Shown here piece by piece: positions 51,651 to 64,000 of a stretch of 64,000 bases of DNA. Source of the DNA: Antedon mediterranea (taxonomy: Eukaryota > Animalia > Echinodermata); assembly GCF_964355755.1 (NCBI RefSeq), contig NC_092674.1, positions 19,344,001 through 19,408,000 of the forward strand, written 5' to 3'. The notes beneath the pieces were generated by a model. It was given only the letters and a program-made list of their open reading frames with translations. It ran no database searches and was not told where the DNA came from. The first letter of the stretch is position 1. Each line of letters starts with the position of its first letter. Position numbers and translations under genes: made by a program.

Positions 51651-52467
51651 AAATTTGAAACGATAAAGATGAGGAAATCTGTGAGAATCGCCCCAACCGA
51701 GACTCGAACTCGGACCGACTCTTTGACACTCTTGGCGTGTTACGGCGGTACAGCACTAGTCCTCACCTGTACGCGCGCGCAACAAATATTAAATTGATAC
51801 GCCCTCATCTTTCAGTATTTTTATTCACGAGGCGGGATCTCCGAAGAGATACTTTTATATATATAAACACAGCAGGCAAAGAACATTATTCTAAACCGCC
51901 CGGTGATATACTGAAATTCAATTAATTAATTTGAAACGATAAAGATGAGGAAATGAGAATGAGAAAAAGTCGCCCCAACCGAGACTCGAACTCGGACCGT
52001 CTGCTAGATATGCAGTTGTCCTAACCATTAGACCACTGGGGCTTTCATGGTATTGTTCAAACTCGATTGGATAACGACTCTTTAACACTCTCGGCGTGGT
52101 ACGGCGGAACAGCACTAGTACTCAGTTGTACGCACGCGCAACAGAGATCAAATTGATACGCCCTCATCTTTCAGTATTTTTATTCACGAGGCGGGATCTC
52201 CGAAGAGATACTTTTATATATATAAACACAGCAGGCAAAGAACATTATTTTAAACCGCCCGGTGATATACTGAAATTTAATTAATTAATTTGAAACGATA
52301 AAGATGAGGAAATCTGTGAGAATGAGAAAAAGTCGTCCCAACCGAGACTCGAACTCGGACCGTCTGCTAGATATGCAGTTGCCCTAACCATTAGACCACT
52401 GGGGCTTCCATGGTATTGTTCGAACTCGATTGGATAGCGACTCTTTAACACTCTCGGCGTGGTACTG
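51651..52467 (-). mobile_element. Family A tandem array (minus strand)
   Basis: tRNA-like cores at 51971-52042 and 52334-52405. The array continues at 55476. Confidence 0.9.
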
Positions 52468-55400
52468 CAATAGGGTTGGTGAAATCTGTCCATAATAGGT
52501 TACTTTTCTGTCCATAATAGGGGACTTTCTGTCCATAATAGGGACTAGAGGGCGCTGTTGTTTGTCCATAATAGGTAACTTTCATAATTGGCTGTCCAAA
52601 ATAGGCGACTTTTTGTCCACAATAGGCGAGTTTATTGGAGTAGTGCGCCATCCATTGTGTTGTCCATAATAGGTGATTTTGTTGGCGTACTCGATCGTAC
52701 GTACGTAGTTTATTTCGCGAGTAGAAGTAATAGTATTATTAGTTAATACTAATTTGCTTTCTCTTCAAACTTCGAGGCTACCTACTGGTAGGCCTAGCTA
52801 GTAGGAGGCCTAATTAGTATAATTATTTAAGTCTCTCTAGCCGCTAGGGCCTAGGCTAGTCCTGTTTTAGAGTTAGGCTACCTCAGGCATAGATAGTACT
52901 ACTACTAGCTTATAGGCCTAGCTGGAGTCCATTTGTTATTGTCCACTATTACTAATGAAATGTGAGCTTTTTTTTTCTAGGCCTACCTTACAGCAGGGGG
53001 TACGTCCCTGCTACAGTAGGAATAAAAATGACATGGGCTCATATTAGGTAGATAGGTTTCCTACTACAAACAACTAGGCCTATCCTCATTATCTGTTTTT
53101 TTATTATTTTAATATGAATATTTTACAGACTACTCGTAACTATACTGCCTAACTGCAGGTCAGGTCTGGCGGACTAGTCACTATACAGTCTTTTACTAAT
53201 ACCACTGCCACCACCGCCCACTACTATACTTTAAAGACTGAAATCAGCTACTACTAGCCTAGTCTACTAGACCTATTGGTAGTTTGTCTTCAAATCACAG
53301 ACATCTAGATTGCTAGATTGACCTTTTTGTTTTTTTAAATTATTTTTTGAATTAATGAGTCTTATCCAGACAGTTCGGACAGTTAGTAGGTTGGCAGTAT
53401 AGTAGAGCCAGAGCTATTGTTACTGTATGTTATTAATTATGTCATCTATTTAAATCTCAATTTTTCCCATATTTTTTGCATGTATCAAAGATTGTGTACA
53501 GTGTATCTTCTGATCAATGTTATAGTACAGTAGCATGGACATTTCTATTAACTAGGGTAAGTAACAGATAGGCCCAACCTACAATTGAAGAAAAATACTT
53601 TACATACAACCCACTAGGCCTACATCTTTTAGGACATTTTTCAATATGACCAAGATACTGTAAAATCCCAAGAAGAAGCCTATTTAGAAAAAGTATTTGT
53701 TTGCAAAAGTAATCTTCGGAAAAGAAGGATACAATTTAGTCAAACATTTTCAGAGAGACAAACTGAATTTTATCAGTACCGTAGTAGAAAAACTGACAAT
53801 ACATGAAAATTAATTTTTAACATTCTGATTTGAAATATTCTATTCATTTGAATTGCTAAGAAATTAAAAGTAGATATTTTTTTTTTATTTCCATTCATTA
53901 TAAACATTACAATCACAGTACAAAGAATAGATAAATCCACTAACAAATTCATGCAGACAATATTTCAAAATTTAATTGAATGTTATATTATTAAAGCATT
54001 CATTCAATAAAGCATTTGTCTTTAAAACATTTAATATCAGTTTTCATATAGTGAGTATGGTAATAATTGACTCTAACAACTGGTATAAACTTAAATTTAG
54101 TAAAACAATCCTACATATCTTTTTTTTAAATGCAATAAAATATTTAAACATAACTGTTTCCCACCATACAACATGAAAATTTGTCTCAGCATTACTAAGA
54201 TTGAAGTTTCTTGCATTATACAATACCTTTTTTTTATTATAGGCATACAGATGTTTGATATTCTGCTCATATACAGTATGCTGCTGAAATGAAAAAGTAC
54301 ATCACTTCAACATATTATTTTTGATCATAATCATCGACCAATAATTATAGTAATAAACATAATCATTATGGTGCATTTTATTTATCCTTGCTATTTTTTA
54401 AATTGTAGTTTAACCATGTTTTTACACTTTTAAAAATAATATAATTCAGTATTTTTTAAATGTGATTTAGATTTTGAATAAACTGTTCTGAATACAGAAC
54501 AAAGGTGTTGATTGTACACAGCGTGTATGTAAACTTGATTTGTCGTATTTCTTATTAGTATTAAACATTAAAATTGATTCATTTAATTAAACAATATAAT
54601 AAATGGATGAGATGTGCTGCTGTTGATCCACTTTAGACTGGGATGGTTTGTCATTGAGCTATGTGGATCCAGAATTTTGAAATAGGGGAAGACCTAAAAT
54701 GACGAAATGAAGTGCTGAACTGTGATGTCTTTTTCAATATTAAATTGATTTTTATTATTACTGTTAACAAAACAAAATAAGTCCAAAGAAAAAAAAATAC
54801 AACAATACATTGAAACACCAATGCATTTATAAAAATAACAGTTTACATTTCATTATCTTAAAAAAATAAAACTTTATCAATATTATTATTAGAGTATTAT
54901 GGGGTATTTTTTATTTTTGTAAAAGAACGTGTGGGTTCGTTTGGTGATTTATTTAAACTTGCAATAGTATGGTAAGTTGCGTAATGTCTGTCCGTACTAT
55001 CAAACCTAAAATGAAGTTCAAATTAAATTATTTGTTGCTGAATAAATTTCACATTTCATTATTATTAGTGGACAATAACAAATGGACTAGGCCTAGGCTA
55101 GTAGGCCTATATAGAGGTAGCCTAACTAACAAGACTAGCCTAGGCTAGAAAGACTTAAATATTTATACTAATTAGGCCTAGGTAGCCTCGAAGTCTGAAC
55201 AGAAAGCAAATTAGTATTACTTCTACTCGCGAAATAAACTACGTACGTACGAGTACGCCAAAAAAATCACCTATTATGGACAACACAATGGATGGCGCAC
55301 TACTCCAATAAACTCGCCTATTGTGGACAAAAAGTCACCTATTTTGGACAGCCAATTATGAAAGTCACCTATTATGGACAAACAACAGCGCCCTCTAGTC

Positions 55401-55475
55401 CCTATTATGGACAGAAAGTAACCTATTATGGACAGAAAAGTAACCTATTATGGACAGATTTCACCAACCCCGCTC
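52468..55475. mobile_element. ~3.0-kb non-autonomous DNA transposon with ~450-500-bp TIRs and 8-bp TSD
   Basis: GGGTTGGTGAAATCTGTCCATAATAGG.../...CCTATTATGGACAGATTTCACCAACCC, with repeated TGTCCATAATAGG subterminal motifs. TSD TGGTACTG (52460-52467 and 55476-55483). No transposase ORF. Confidence 0.88.
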
Positions 55476-56309
55476 TGGTACTGCGGAACAGCACTAGTAC
55501 TCAGTTGTACGCACGCGCAACAGAGATCAAATTGATACGCCCTCTTCTTTCAGTATTTTTATTCACGAGGCAGGATCTCCGAAGAAATACTTTTATATAT
55601 ATAAACACAGCAGTTAAAGAACATTATTCTAAACCGCCCGGTGATATACTGAAATTTAATTATTTAATTTGAAACGATAAAGATGAGGAAATCTGTGAGA
55701 ATGAAAAAAAGTCGCCCCAACCGAGACTCGAACTCGGACCGTCTGCTAGATATGCAGTTTCCCTAACCATTAGACCACTTTCATGGTATTGTTCAAACTC
55801 GATTGGATAGCGAATCTTTAACACTCTCGGCGTGGTACGGCGGAACAGCACTAGTCACTATATATAAACACAGCAGGCGAAGAACATTAATTCTAAACCG
55901 CCCGGTGATATACTGAAATTTAATTAATTAATTTGAAACGATAAAGATGAGGAAATCTGTGAGAATGAGAAAAAGTCGCCCCAACCGAGACTCGAACTCG
56001 GACCGCCTGCTTGATATGCAGATGTCCTAACCATTAGACCACTGGGGCTTTCATGGTATTGTTCGAACTCGATTGGATAGCGACTCTTTAACATTCTCGG
56101 CGTGGTACGGCGGAACAGCACTAGTCCTCAGTTGTACGCACGCGCACCAGAGATCAAATTGATACGCCCTCATCTTACAGTATTTTTATTCACGAGGCGG
56201 GATCTCAGAAGAGATACTTTTATATATATAAACAAATCAGGCACAGAACATTAATTCTAAACCGCCCGGTGATATACTGAAATTTAATTAATTAATTTGA
56301 AACGATAAA
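55476..56309 (-). mobile_element. Family A tandem array (minus strand, continuation)
   Basis: Intact tRNA-like core at 55977-56048; partly deleted core at ~55713-55779. Confidence 0.9.
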
Positions 56310-56354
56310 TATATATATATATGATAGATAGATACACCCTCTTATATATATATA

Positions 56355-56828
56355 TAAATCATACTGTCAAATTATAGAAACAGTGCTCATATTCGGAATT
56401 AAACATGATCTCATAATCGCGTCGAGCATAGCTCATTAGTGCAAGTTCCGTATTTTTTAGTTGTATTAGAACCTGCAAGCTCTCGCTTAAGGGCGAGTAT
56501 CATACCACTAGTCCACAGAGCCATATATGGTATTATCACAGATTTTCACCCACCAGATACATTCTCTCATACAACAAACGCCCTCACAATCAGTGGAGGC
56601 CTAACAAGTCAGAATAAATTTCAACTTTAATAAGCAACGGTTTTTTATATAATATTGTGTATATGTAAATCAATTGTGTTGCGTAGCACTGTGTAAATTA
56701 TATATAAATCATACTGTCAAATTATAGAAACAGTGCTCATATTCGGAACATGATCTCATAATCGCGTCGAGCATAGCTCATTAGCGAAAGTTCCGTAATT
56801 TTTAGTTGTATGAAAACATGTCTCTGGC

Positions 56829-56833
<5 letters not shown>
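56355..56833 (-). mobile_element. Family B partial tandem copies (minus strand), including the 5' leader
   Basis: Reverse complement of 20009-20243, plus an extended leader at 56575-56665. Confidence 0.85.
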
Positions 56834-56895
<62 letters not shown>

Positions 56896-56925
56896 CAAAG
56901 AGCTGCATAGGCAGGATATATAAAA

Positions 56926-57511
56926 AAATCAAGATCAAATAAGTTAAAACTGCCTCAATATAGATTTATTTTAACGACATGTTTCGGGCATAGCCCATCA
57001 TCAGGTGAAAAGAATTGTAACAAAGGATAACATATATAAGTCACAAAATTACATAATAAAACAAATCAACCAATCAAAAATGTTAACAAACAAAAGGCAT
57101 AGTTATAAAGGCACGCCTCCAAAAGCTATGGTGTACAAAGCAGGAATGGTTGCTTATAAAGCAGGAAATTTAAAACAAAGACAAAAGCTTAGATCCTTTA
57201 AACATTAATTTTGCCAGAGACATTCACATATTAACTATTATTTACACTTGAAGCTTTTGTCTTTGTTTTAAATTTCCTGCTTTATAAGCAACCATTCCTG
57301 CTTTGTACACCATAGCTTTTGGAGGCGTGCCTTTATAACTATGCCTTTTGTTTGTTAACATTTTTGATTGGTTGATTTGTTTTATTATGTAATTTTGTGA
57401 CTTATATATGTTATCCTTTGTTACAATTCTTTTCACCTGATGATGGGCTATGCCCGAAACATGTCGTTAAAATAAATCTATATTGAGGCAGTTTTAACTT
57501 ATTTGATCTTG

Positions 57512-57515
<4 letters not shown>
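56926..57515. mobile_element. Inverted repeat (265-bp arms, 60-bp spacer) of a Penelope-like terminal segment in (TA)n
   Basis: 56926-57190 is the reverse complement of 57251-57515, and each arm carries a hammerhead. Confidence 0.88.
57432..57470 (+). ncRNA. Minimal hammerhead ribozyme (mirror copy at 56971-57009, minus strand)
   Basis: CAC CTGATGA TGGGC TAT GCCC GAAA CATG TC GTT, with palindromic ACATGT stem III and a GUC site. Confidence 0.8.
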
Positions 57516-57591
<76 letters not shown>

Positions 57592-59059
57592 CTCAACGGC
57601 CTTTGCTACGATGGATATATAGTGCTATTTCTCAAATGGCCTTTGTTACTTTGCATTTTGACATGTGACGTATATGTTTTCCTATTCAATTACATTGCTC
57701 ATCGATAGGAGCAAACGGCCAAAAGCGTCTTGAGAATTTAAATTTTTAAATTACGATAACTTTTGTAAAAATGATCGAAATTTGATCGGATAACCACATT
57801 TATAAAGACAATTTAATAGAGTTTACCCTATCATCAGCTTATATTTTCTTATCACGCACTTTTTGAAATATTGGTTTCTGAATCATGCCTACTTATCGGG
57901 TAGTAGTTTTGATAGGCCTGATTTGACAACAACCAACCTAAACCGTCTTGAACTTCTAATTTTTTTTTACTTATCCGATTTGAAATTTCTTTGTTGTATA
58001 CGATAGAAGATCATATAAAGAACGTGTATACGAAATTTCATCGATTTATCTTAATTTTAAGTTACTTAAAAAAAATAATTCTATATTGAATTTTTTCGCG
58101 AAAAATTGGGATGTCATTTTGCTACGTACCAAAACTCAAATAGTCATTGCGTTTAACGTATTTACTCAATAAATGTAATTTTTGTACAATGTGTTCATAT
58201 ATATTGTTGGATTATGTGTGCCAAATTTGGATTTATAAAACTAAAAAAATTCGGAGATATTAAAAAAATATTGCTCATTTTGGCCGTTTGCTACGTATTT
58301 TCTTAATTTTGAAAATGCTTTTACAACGTGGTTACTTTACGAAAACAAACTATTTTTAGGTATGTTAGTCTATGTTTAACATACTATCGATCTGCTATTT
58401 TGATTTTTTGAATTTAAGCGTGTTTATATTTTTAATAAAAACCGACTTTTTTTAGATTTTGTGGTCGCTAGAACTCAAATATAATTGTCTCGTTCACTCA
58501 AAGTTTATTATAAATGTAAAATGACTTATTAAAATATCTTTATTATCATTAAATTGCAATTTACATAATGAAAAGCTTTATTTTCATTATTAGTCATCAT
58601 TTAGTTAGCAAATGATTGTTTTAAAAGTATATATTACAATTTTTCGGAATTTTGTTATCATTTTAAAATTGGAAAACGTTTCAAATTTAAGGACTTGTGG
58701 CAGGTCTTGTATTAAATTACGATTTATTTTGTTTAACATTTTAGAAACAAAAATTCCTTTAATGTGTGTAATCATTAAAACATTCTGCATCCACTAGACG
58801 TTGATTTTATTGATTTATATAGTTTTAAAACAATTAAATTGGCGATTAAATGTCACGAAATTTAAAAATCCTAAGCATTTTCACTGGAACCACAGCATCC
58901 TAGGCCCAACAGCATCGACAGCCTACAGCAAACTATAGATAAACCAGGTATACCGTAAGTTTTTATTTATTTTTGTTGTAATATAGATTTTTAAATAGTT
59001 ATAGTTCAATGTTATTTATTTAATGTTGTTATCTGACTCTCTGGCGGTAATCTATGAGA

Positions 59060-59610
59060 GGTAAATTAGGGGCCTAGGCCTAGGCCTTAGGTCTATGATG
59101 CACATAAAATGCCAAACCTTGTGTGCAGCCGGGGGGCTGCTGCGCCCGGCCCAGGCGGCCTAATTAGGCTTACCGCTTAGGCCTCGGTCTACATTAGGCC
59201 TAGGCCCTAGTGTCTGTTTACAGGTTTGTAAGTCCATAAACAGAGTAGGCCTAGACCTAACTTTTCTGGAATCTAGGCATAGGATAGGCACTGACTAGGC
59301 CTATGTCTAGAAATAAGCATGGCCTATTATTTACAGCTTTAGCCTGGAAGCCTAAGCCTACTAGGCCTAGCCTAGCCTAGGCCTAGTAGGCCTAGCCTAC
59401 TCCTACCTAGCCTGTCTTAGGCTAGGCTAGGCCTAGAGGTAGTACTCAGTGCTAGAAGCCTGCCTAGGCCTAGATGTAGCCTACATCCTAAACTAGACTA
59501 GGCCTAGGCTAGAACCTCTAGTAAAGGCTTTGACAGTTTTCTAGGCCCTACCTACATTATGTATGTTAGGGCCTATCTGACTTCTAGCATAGGCCTAGCC
59601 TAGACATTTA
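59060..59610. repeat. TAGGCCTA/CTAG-rich palindromic low-complexity island
   Basis: Dense AGGCCT/CCTAG motifs; similar islands at 52780-53100 and 55085-55190. Confidence 0.8.
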
Positions 59611-59667
59611 CAGAAGGTGTACTGTAGGTTTCCCTTCTACATCATTAACAGCTAGCTTAGAACAATC

Positions 59668-62600
59668 CCTGCATTAAATCAAGCATCCATCCCAAATATT
59701 TTTAACATTCACGAATTAAACATACTATTATGATTTACAAATACAAAGCAAATTAATTTTTAGTTTTAGTGTCCGGTTTGGAGTATTCAATCAACTACTC
59801 AATTTCTGATGACTCAATAATCAACTTAACTTCAGGTATTTTAAGTCCCAAGCTTATTCAACTTATGTTTAATGTGACTAACAACATATGAAAATAACAA
59901 TTACTCCTTAAAACTATAAATAAACATTAATTCAATCCAAATAATGGTAGCAAAAGAGATGTTATGAAATAGTAACTATTAAATACTGTTGGTGTTGACT
60001 GTATTCAGTTTTTTTTTCAGTGAAACACATTATGGTACAAATGGAGAAAAATATATCTAGAAGAGAGGAAAATAACAAGATGAAGGAGCAGGAAAAATAT
60101 GGTATACTTATCTGTATGGCGATTTTCATACACATTAATTCATGTTAAAACAAAATGACTATTAAACTATTTTAAGCCCAATTAAATACAACAAAGCACC
60201 CAAGTCAATGCCATGAAATGTAATTTAACAGGTGTCTTAAATTAATTCTAAAGCCAATACAAAGCAAATACATTGACAATTAAAATGAAGTGAGAAAAGT
60301 GTAATGTAACAGTCAGAATTGTTAGAAATGTAATATAAATAAAATACAAAATTAAAACTTTTATTTTAGACAACTTCTAATGTTTATTAAAATGTGCTTT
60401 TTCATTTTTCAGTTACTGCTGTGGTTTCAAACATCCTTCACTTCACATACAAGTTAATGGCTTATTAATAATTAAGGTAATCAGTAAACTCATTATAAAT
60501 GTTTTGCTTTAATTTACTAACAATGTTTCATTTATCTACTAACCATACATAAACACACTCACACACCAACATACACAAAACACCTTTTAGAATAGCTTGT
60601 ATTTAATGTAGGACAAAATTAAACATAACAATGTAGTTGTAGGACAAAATTAAACACAACAAAAGTTTGATCTAGGCTTATTAGTTGTAGGACAAAATTC
60701 AACATCAATAAAGCTTAGTTAGTTGCTTAAAATTAAACGGAGGAATACAGTTCAGTTTAGTTTATATTTACTGTATATAAAAATTAAACAGAGCAATGTA
60801 GTTTAGTAGTTGGTTGTAGAACTAATTTAAACAGGAGAATGCAGTTCAGTTGAGTTTAGTTATTTACTGTATAGGGAAAAAAAAATAACAGAGGAATGAA
60901 GTTTAGTTTTAGTTGGTTGTTGGACAAAAATGAACAGTTTGGTTAATTGTTGTATTACAAATGCAGACACAGCAATACAGTTCAGTTTAGTTATTTACTG
61001 TAGGAAAAAATAAACACATAAACATTGCAGTTTATTTAGTTAATTGTAGGAAAAAATTGGTTTAGAAATCATTTATTGACACAACATTAAACTAGTTAGA
61101 CATGTATAGGGGTACAGTTATTATAGAACACAATTAAGAGTACATATTTAGACAATCTGAAAGTATAATTGGTTGAGAAATCATCTATTAAACAAACCAA
61201 TAATACAGGACATTCAAGTAGTTAGACATGTGTAGTGGTACAGTTATTATAGAAGACAATTAAGAGTACATATTTTAGACAATCTGAAAGTGTAATTGGT
61301 TGAGAAATCATCTATTAAATCACTCAACAATACAGGACATTCAAGTAGTTAGACATGTGTAGGGGTACAGTTATTATAGAACACAATTAGGAGTAAATAT
61401 TTTAGACAATCTGAAAGTATAACTGGTTGAGAAATCATCTATAAAACAACCCAACAATACAAGACATTCAAGTAGTTAAGACATGTGTAGGGGTACAGTT
61501 ATTATAGGACACAATTAGGAGTTTGTTGTAGGACACAATTAAACACAGCAGTTTAGTTTAGTTAGAACAAGCCCCGCATTAAATCAGTAATCAAGCATCC
61601 ATCGTAAATATTTTAAACATAATTTTGTAATACTATTTTCATGAATTAAAAATACTATATGACTTATATTATAATGCAAATAAATTTTTAGTTTTAGTGT
61701 CCGGTTTGGAGTATTCAATCAACTAGCCTATTCAATTTCTGATGACTCAAAACTCAACTTAACTTCAGGTATTTTAAGTCCCACGCTTAATCAACGTTTT
61801 AATGTTACTAACAACATATGAAAATACAATTATTTTTAGGTCATAAAAATAACAATTACTCCTTAAAATTATAAATAAAGTAATAAATAATAATAATTCA
61901 ATGCAAATAATGGTAGTAGGCCTAGTGGTAACAAAAGAGATTTCTTAAAATAGTAACTATTGAATGCTGTTGGTGTTGACTGTATTCAGTTTTTTTTTTC
62001 AGTGAAAAACATGATGGTACAAATGGAAAAAAGGTCTAGAAGAGAGGAAAATAACAAGATGAAGGAGCAGAAAATATATGGTTGAATATATGACTAAAAT
62101 CATACCTTACATTAAAACAATCAATTAAATTAATATTTTATATTACAATAAAGGATGAAATCAATGGTAGGACATGTAATGAGGCCAGTCAAACTAATAA
62201 CATATAGTATTGAAATAGAGTAAATGTAAAATAAAGAGGTAATTTAGGTGGAAAAATGATAATAAAAAAAATGCTAGTACTACAAGTAAAAATTTTTATT
62301 CACATATTTTTTTTATTAATTATATTTTCAGCCTCTGCTATGATTAGTACCAAGTATTTTTGCTTTCAACAAGTCTGACTTCACAATTTGATGTCTTTTA
62401 AAGGTAATTGGTCATCTCAATATTGCTTTACGCTTTAAACCATCAGATAATAGTAATAATTGTAGCAGTACAATTAGAAATTAAATTTACATTACATTTA
62501 TCAAACAAAATGTCTAATGTGATTAGTTGACAACACAATTACAAAAGACAGTAAAAAAGTAGTTAATTTGAAATGCCCAAATTCAATTTAGCTTTCCCTT

Positions 62601-63370
62601 CTCCATCAGCTGTTCTTGTTTGGGTACATTGTTAAAAATCACAATATATGATACACAGAAATACAGTCTGTTTAGGTCATAAAAATGAATAATGCACTAA
62701 AAATGTTATTAGTTTTATTAGTACTGTATACTAATGACTGAATATAATGGTTTTTTTTTAAACAGTGATAATGGATAAGAAAGAGGATAATCTAGAAGTG
62801 GAAGTGGAAACAAGATGAATAATACATTTAGGAAGAAAAAAAAGGAGATGGTTGAATATAACTAATAGTCTTATTTTCATACACATTAATTCATGTTAAA
62901 ACAAGATGACCATTAAACAATTTTAAGCCCAATTAAATACAACAAAGCACCCAAGTCAATGACTAGAAATGTAATTTAACAGGTTTCTTAAATTAATTCT
63001 AAAGCCAATACAAAGCAAATACATTTACAATAAAAAATGAAGCGAGAAAAGTGTAATGTAACACATCTGAGAATTGTTAGTAAAGTATTACATTTCAAAC
63101 CCAAAATTAAAACTTTTTTTTAGACAACTTCTAATGTTTATTAAAATGTGCTTTTTCATTTTTTTTTCAGTTACTGCTGTGGTTTTAGACATCCTCCACT
63201 TCACATACAAGTTAATGGCTTATTAATAATTAAGGTAATCAGTAAACTCATTATAAATGTTTTGCTTTAATTTACTAACAATGTTTCATTTATCTACTAA
63301 CCATACATAAACACACTCACACACCAACATACACAAAACACCTTTTAGAATAGCTTGTATTTAATGTAGA
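59668..63370 (+). repeat. Internal direct duplications (59668-60100 ~ 61575-62080; 60125-60610 ~ 62873-63370)
   Basis: Long near-identical blocks seen by eye. Confidence 0.85.
61065..61520. repeat. ~120-bp tandem repeat, ~4 copies (another copy at 63870-64000), flanked by ~35-bp GTTTAGTT satellites
   Basis: agtagttagacatgtgtaggggtacagttattatagaacacaatt...ggttgagaaatcatc recurs. Confidence 0.85.
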
Positions 63371-64000
63371 ACAAATTAAATCTTCTTGTACTAGACTAAA
63401 GTTAAACACAGAAATGCAGTCAGTTTAGTTAATTACTGTAGGGAAAATTAAAAACAGCAATACAGTTCAGTTAGTTGTTGTAGGACAAAATTAAACTAAG
63501 GAATACAGTTTAGTTTAGTTATTTACTGTAGGGAAAAATTAGAAGCAGCAATGTAGTTTAGTTGGTTGTAGAACATATTTAAACAGGGGAATACAGTTCA
63601 GTTTAGTTATTTTCTGTATAGGAAAACAATTAAAAACATCAATTCAGTTTAGTATAGTTTAGTTAATTGTACTGTAGGACAAATTTAAACACAGCAATGG
63701 AATTTAGTTGGTTGTGAAACAAAAGTGAACATAGTTTAGTTTGGTTAATTGTTGTAGGACAAATGTAGACACAACAATGTGTTTAGTTGTTTGTAGAACA
63801 CAATTAAACACAGCAATTCAGTTTAGTTAAGTTGGTTGTAGAACAAAATTAAACCGAGCAATTCAATTTATCTATTGAACAACCCAATAATACAGGACAT
63901 TCAAGTAGTTAGACATGTTTAAGAGTACAGTTATTATAGAAAACAATTAAGAGTAATTATTTAAAAAAAATCTGAAAGTATAATTGGTTGAGAAATCATC

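Noticed and set aside
57005-57436. Twin convergent ORFs MKRIVTKDN...
   Set aside because: GTG-start artefacts of the inverted repeat, antisense to the hammerhead strand.

Overview
AT-rich eukaryotic (metazoan, probably marine invertebrate; taxon is inference) genomic window. I assembled one apparently intact 20-exon gene by hand on the minus strand (3401-30265, ~1129 aa). It encodes signal peptide, LRRNT, ~17 LRRs on symmetric phase-2 exons, Cys-rich repeats and a ~9-TM domain. A head-to-head inverted paralog starts at 47414 and has lost three LRR exons in frame. The rest is transposon-dense: two decayed Academ (XPG+Cys8) DNA transposons with TAG...CTA ends and 3-bp TSDs, several non-autonomous TIR elements, Helitron/Helentron elements and LINE fragments. 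The most unusual signal lies in the (TA)n microsatellites, which host at least six small element families. Four carry minimal Penelope-type hammerhead ribozymes. Two unrelated families instead carry a complete tRNA cloverleaf whose own 5' leader is antisense (with G:U pairs) to the tRNA 3' half and terminator. Each of these two units can fold into a long rod and occurs as tandem and inverted concatemers. All calls are by eye; no searches or folding programs were run.
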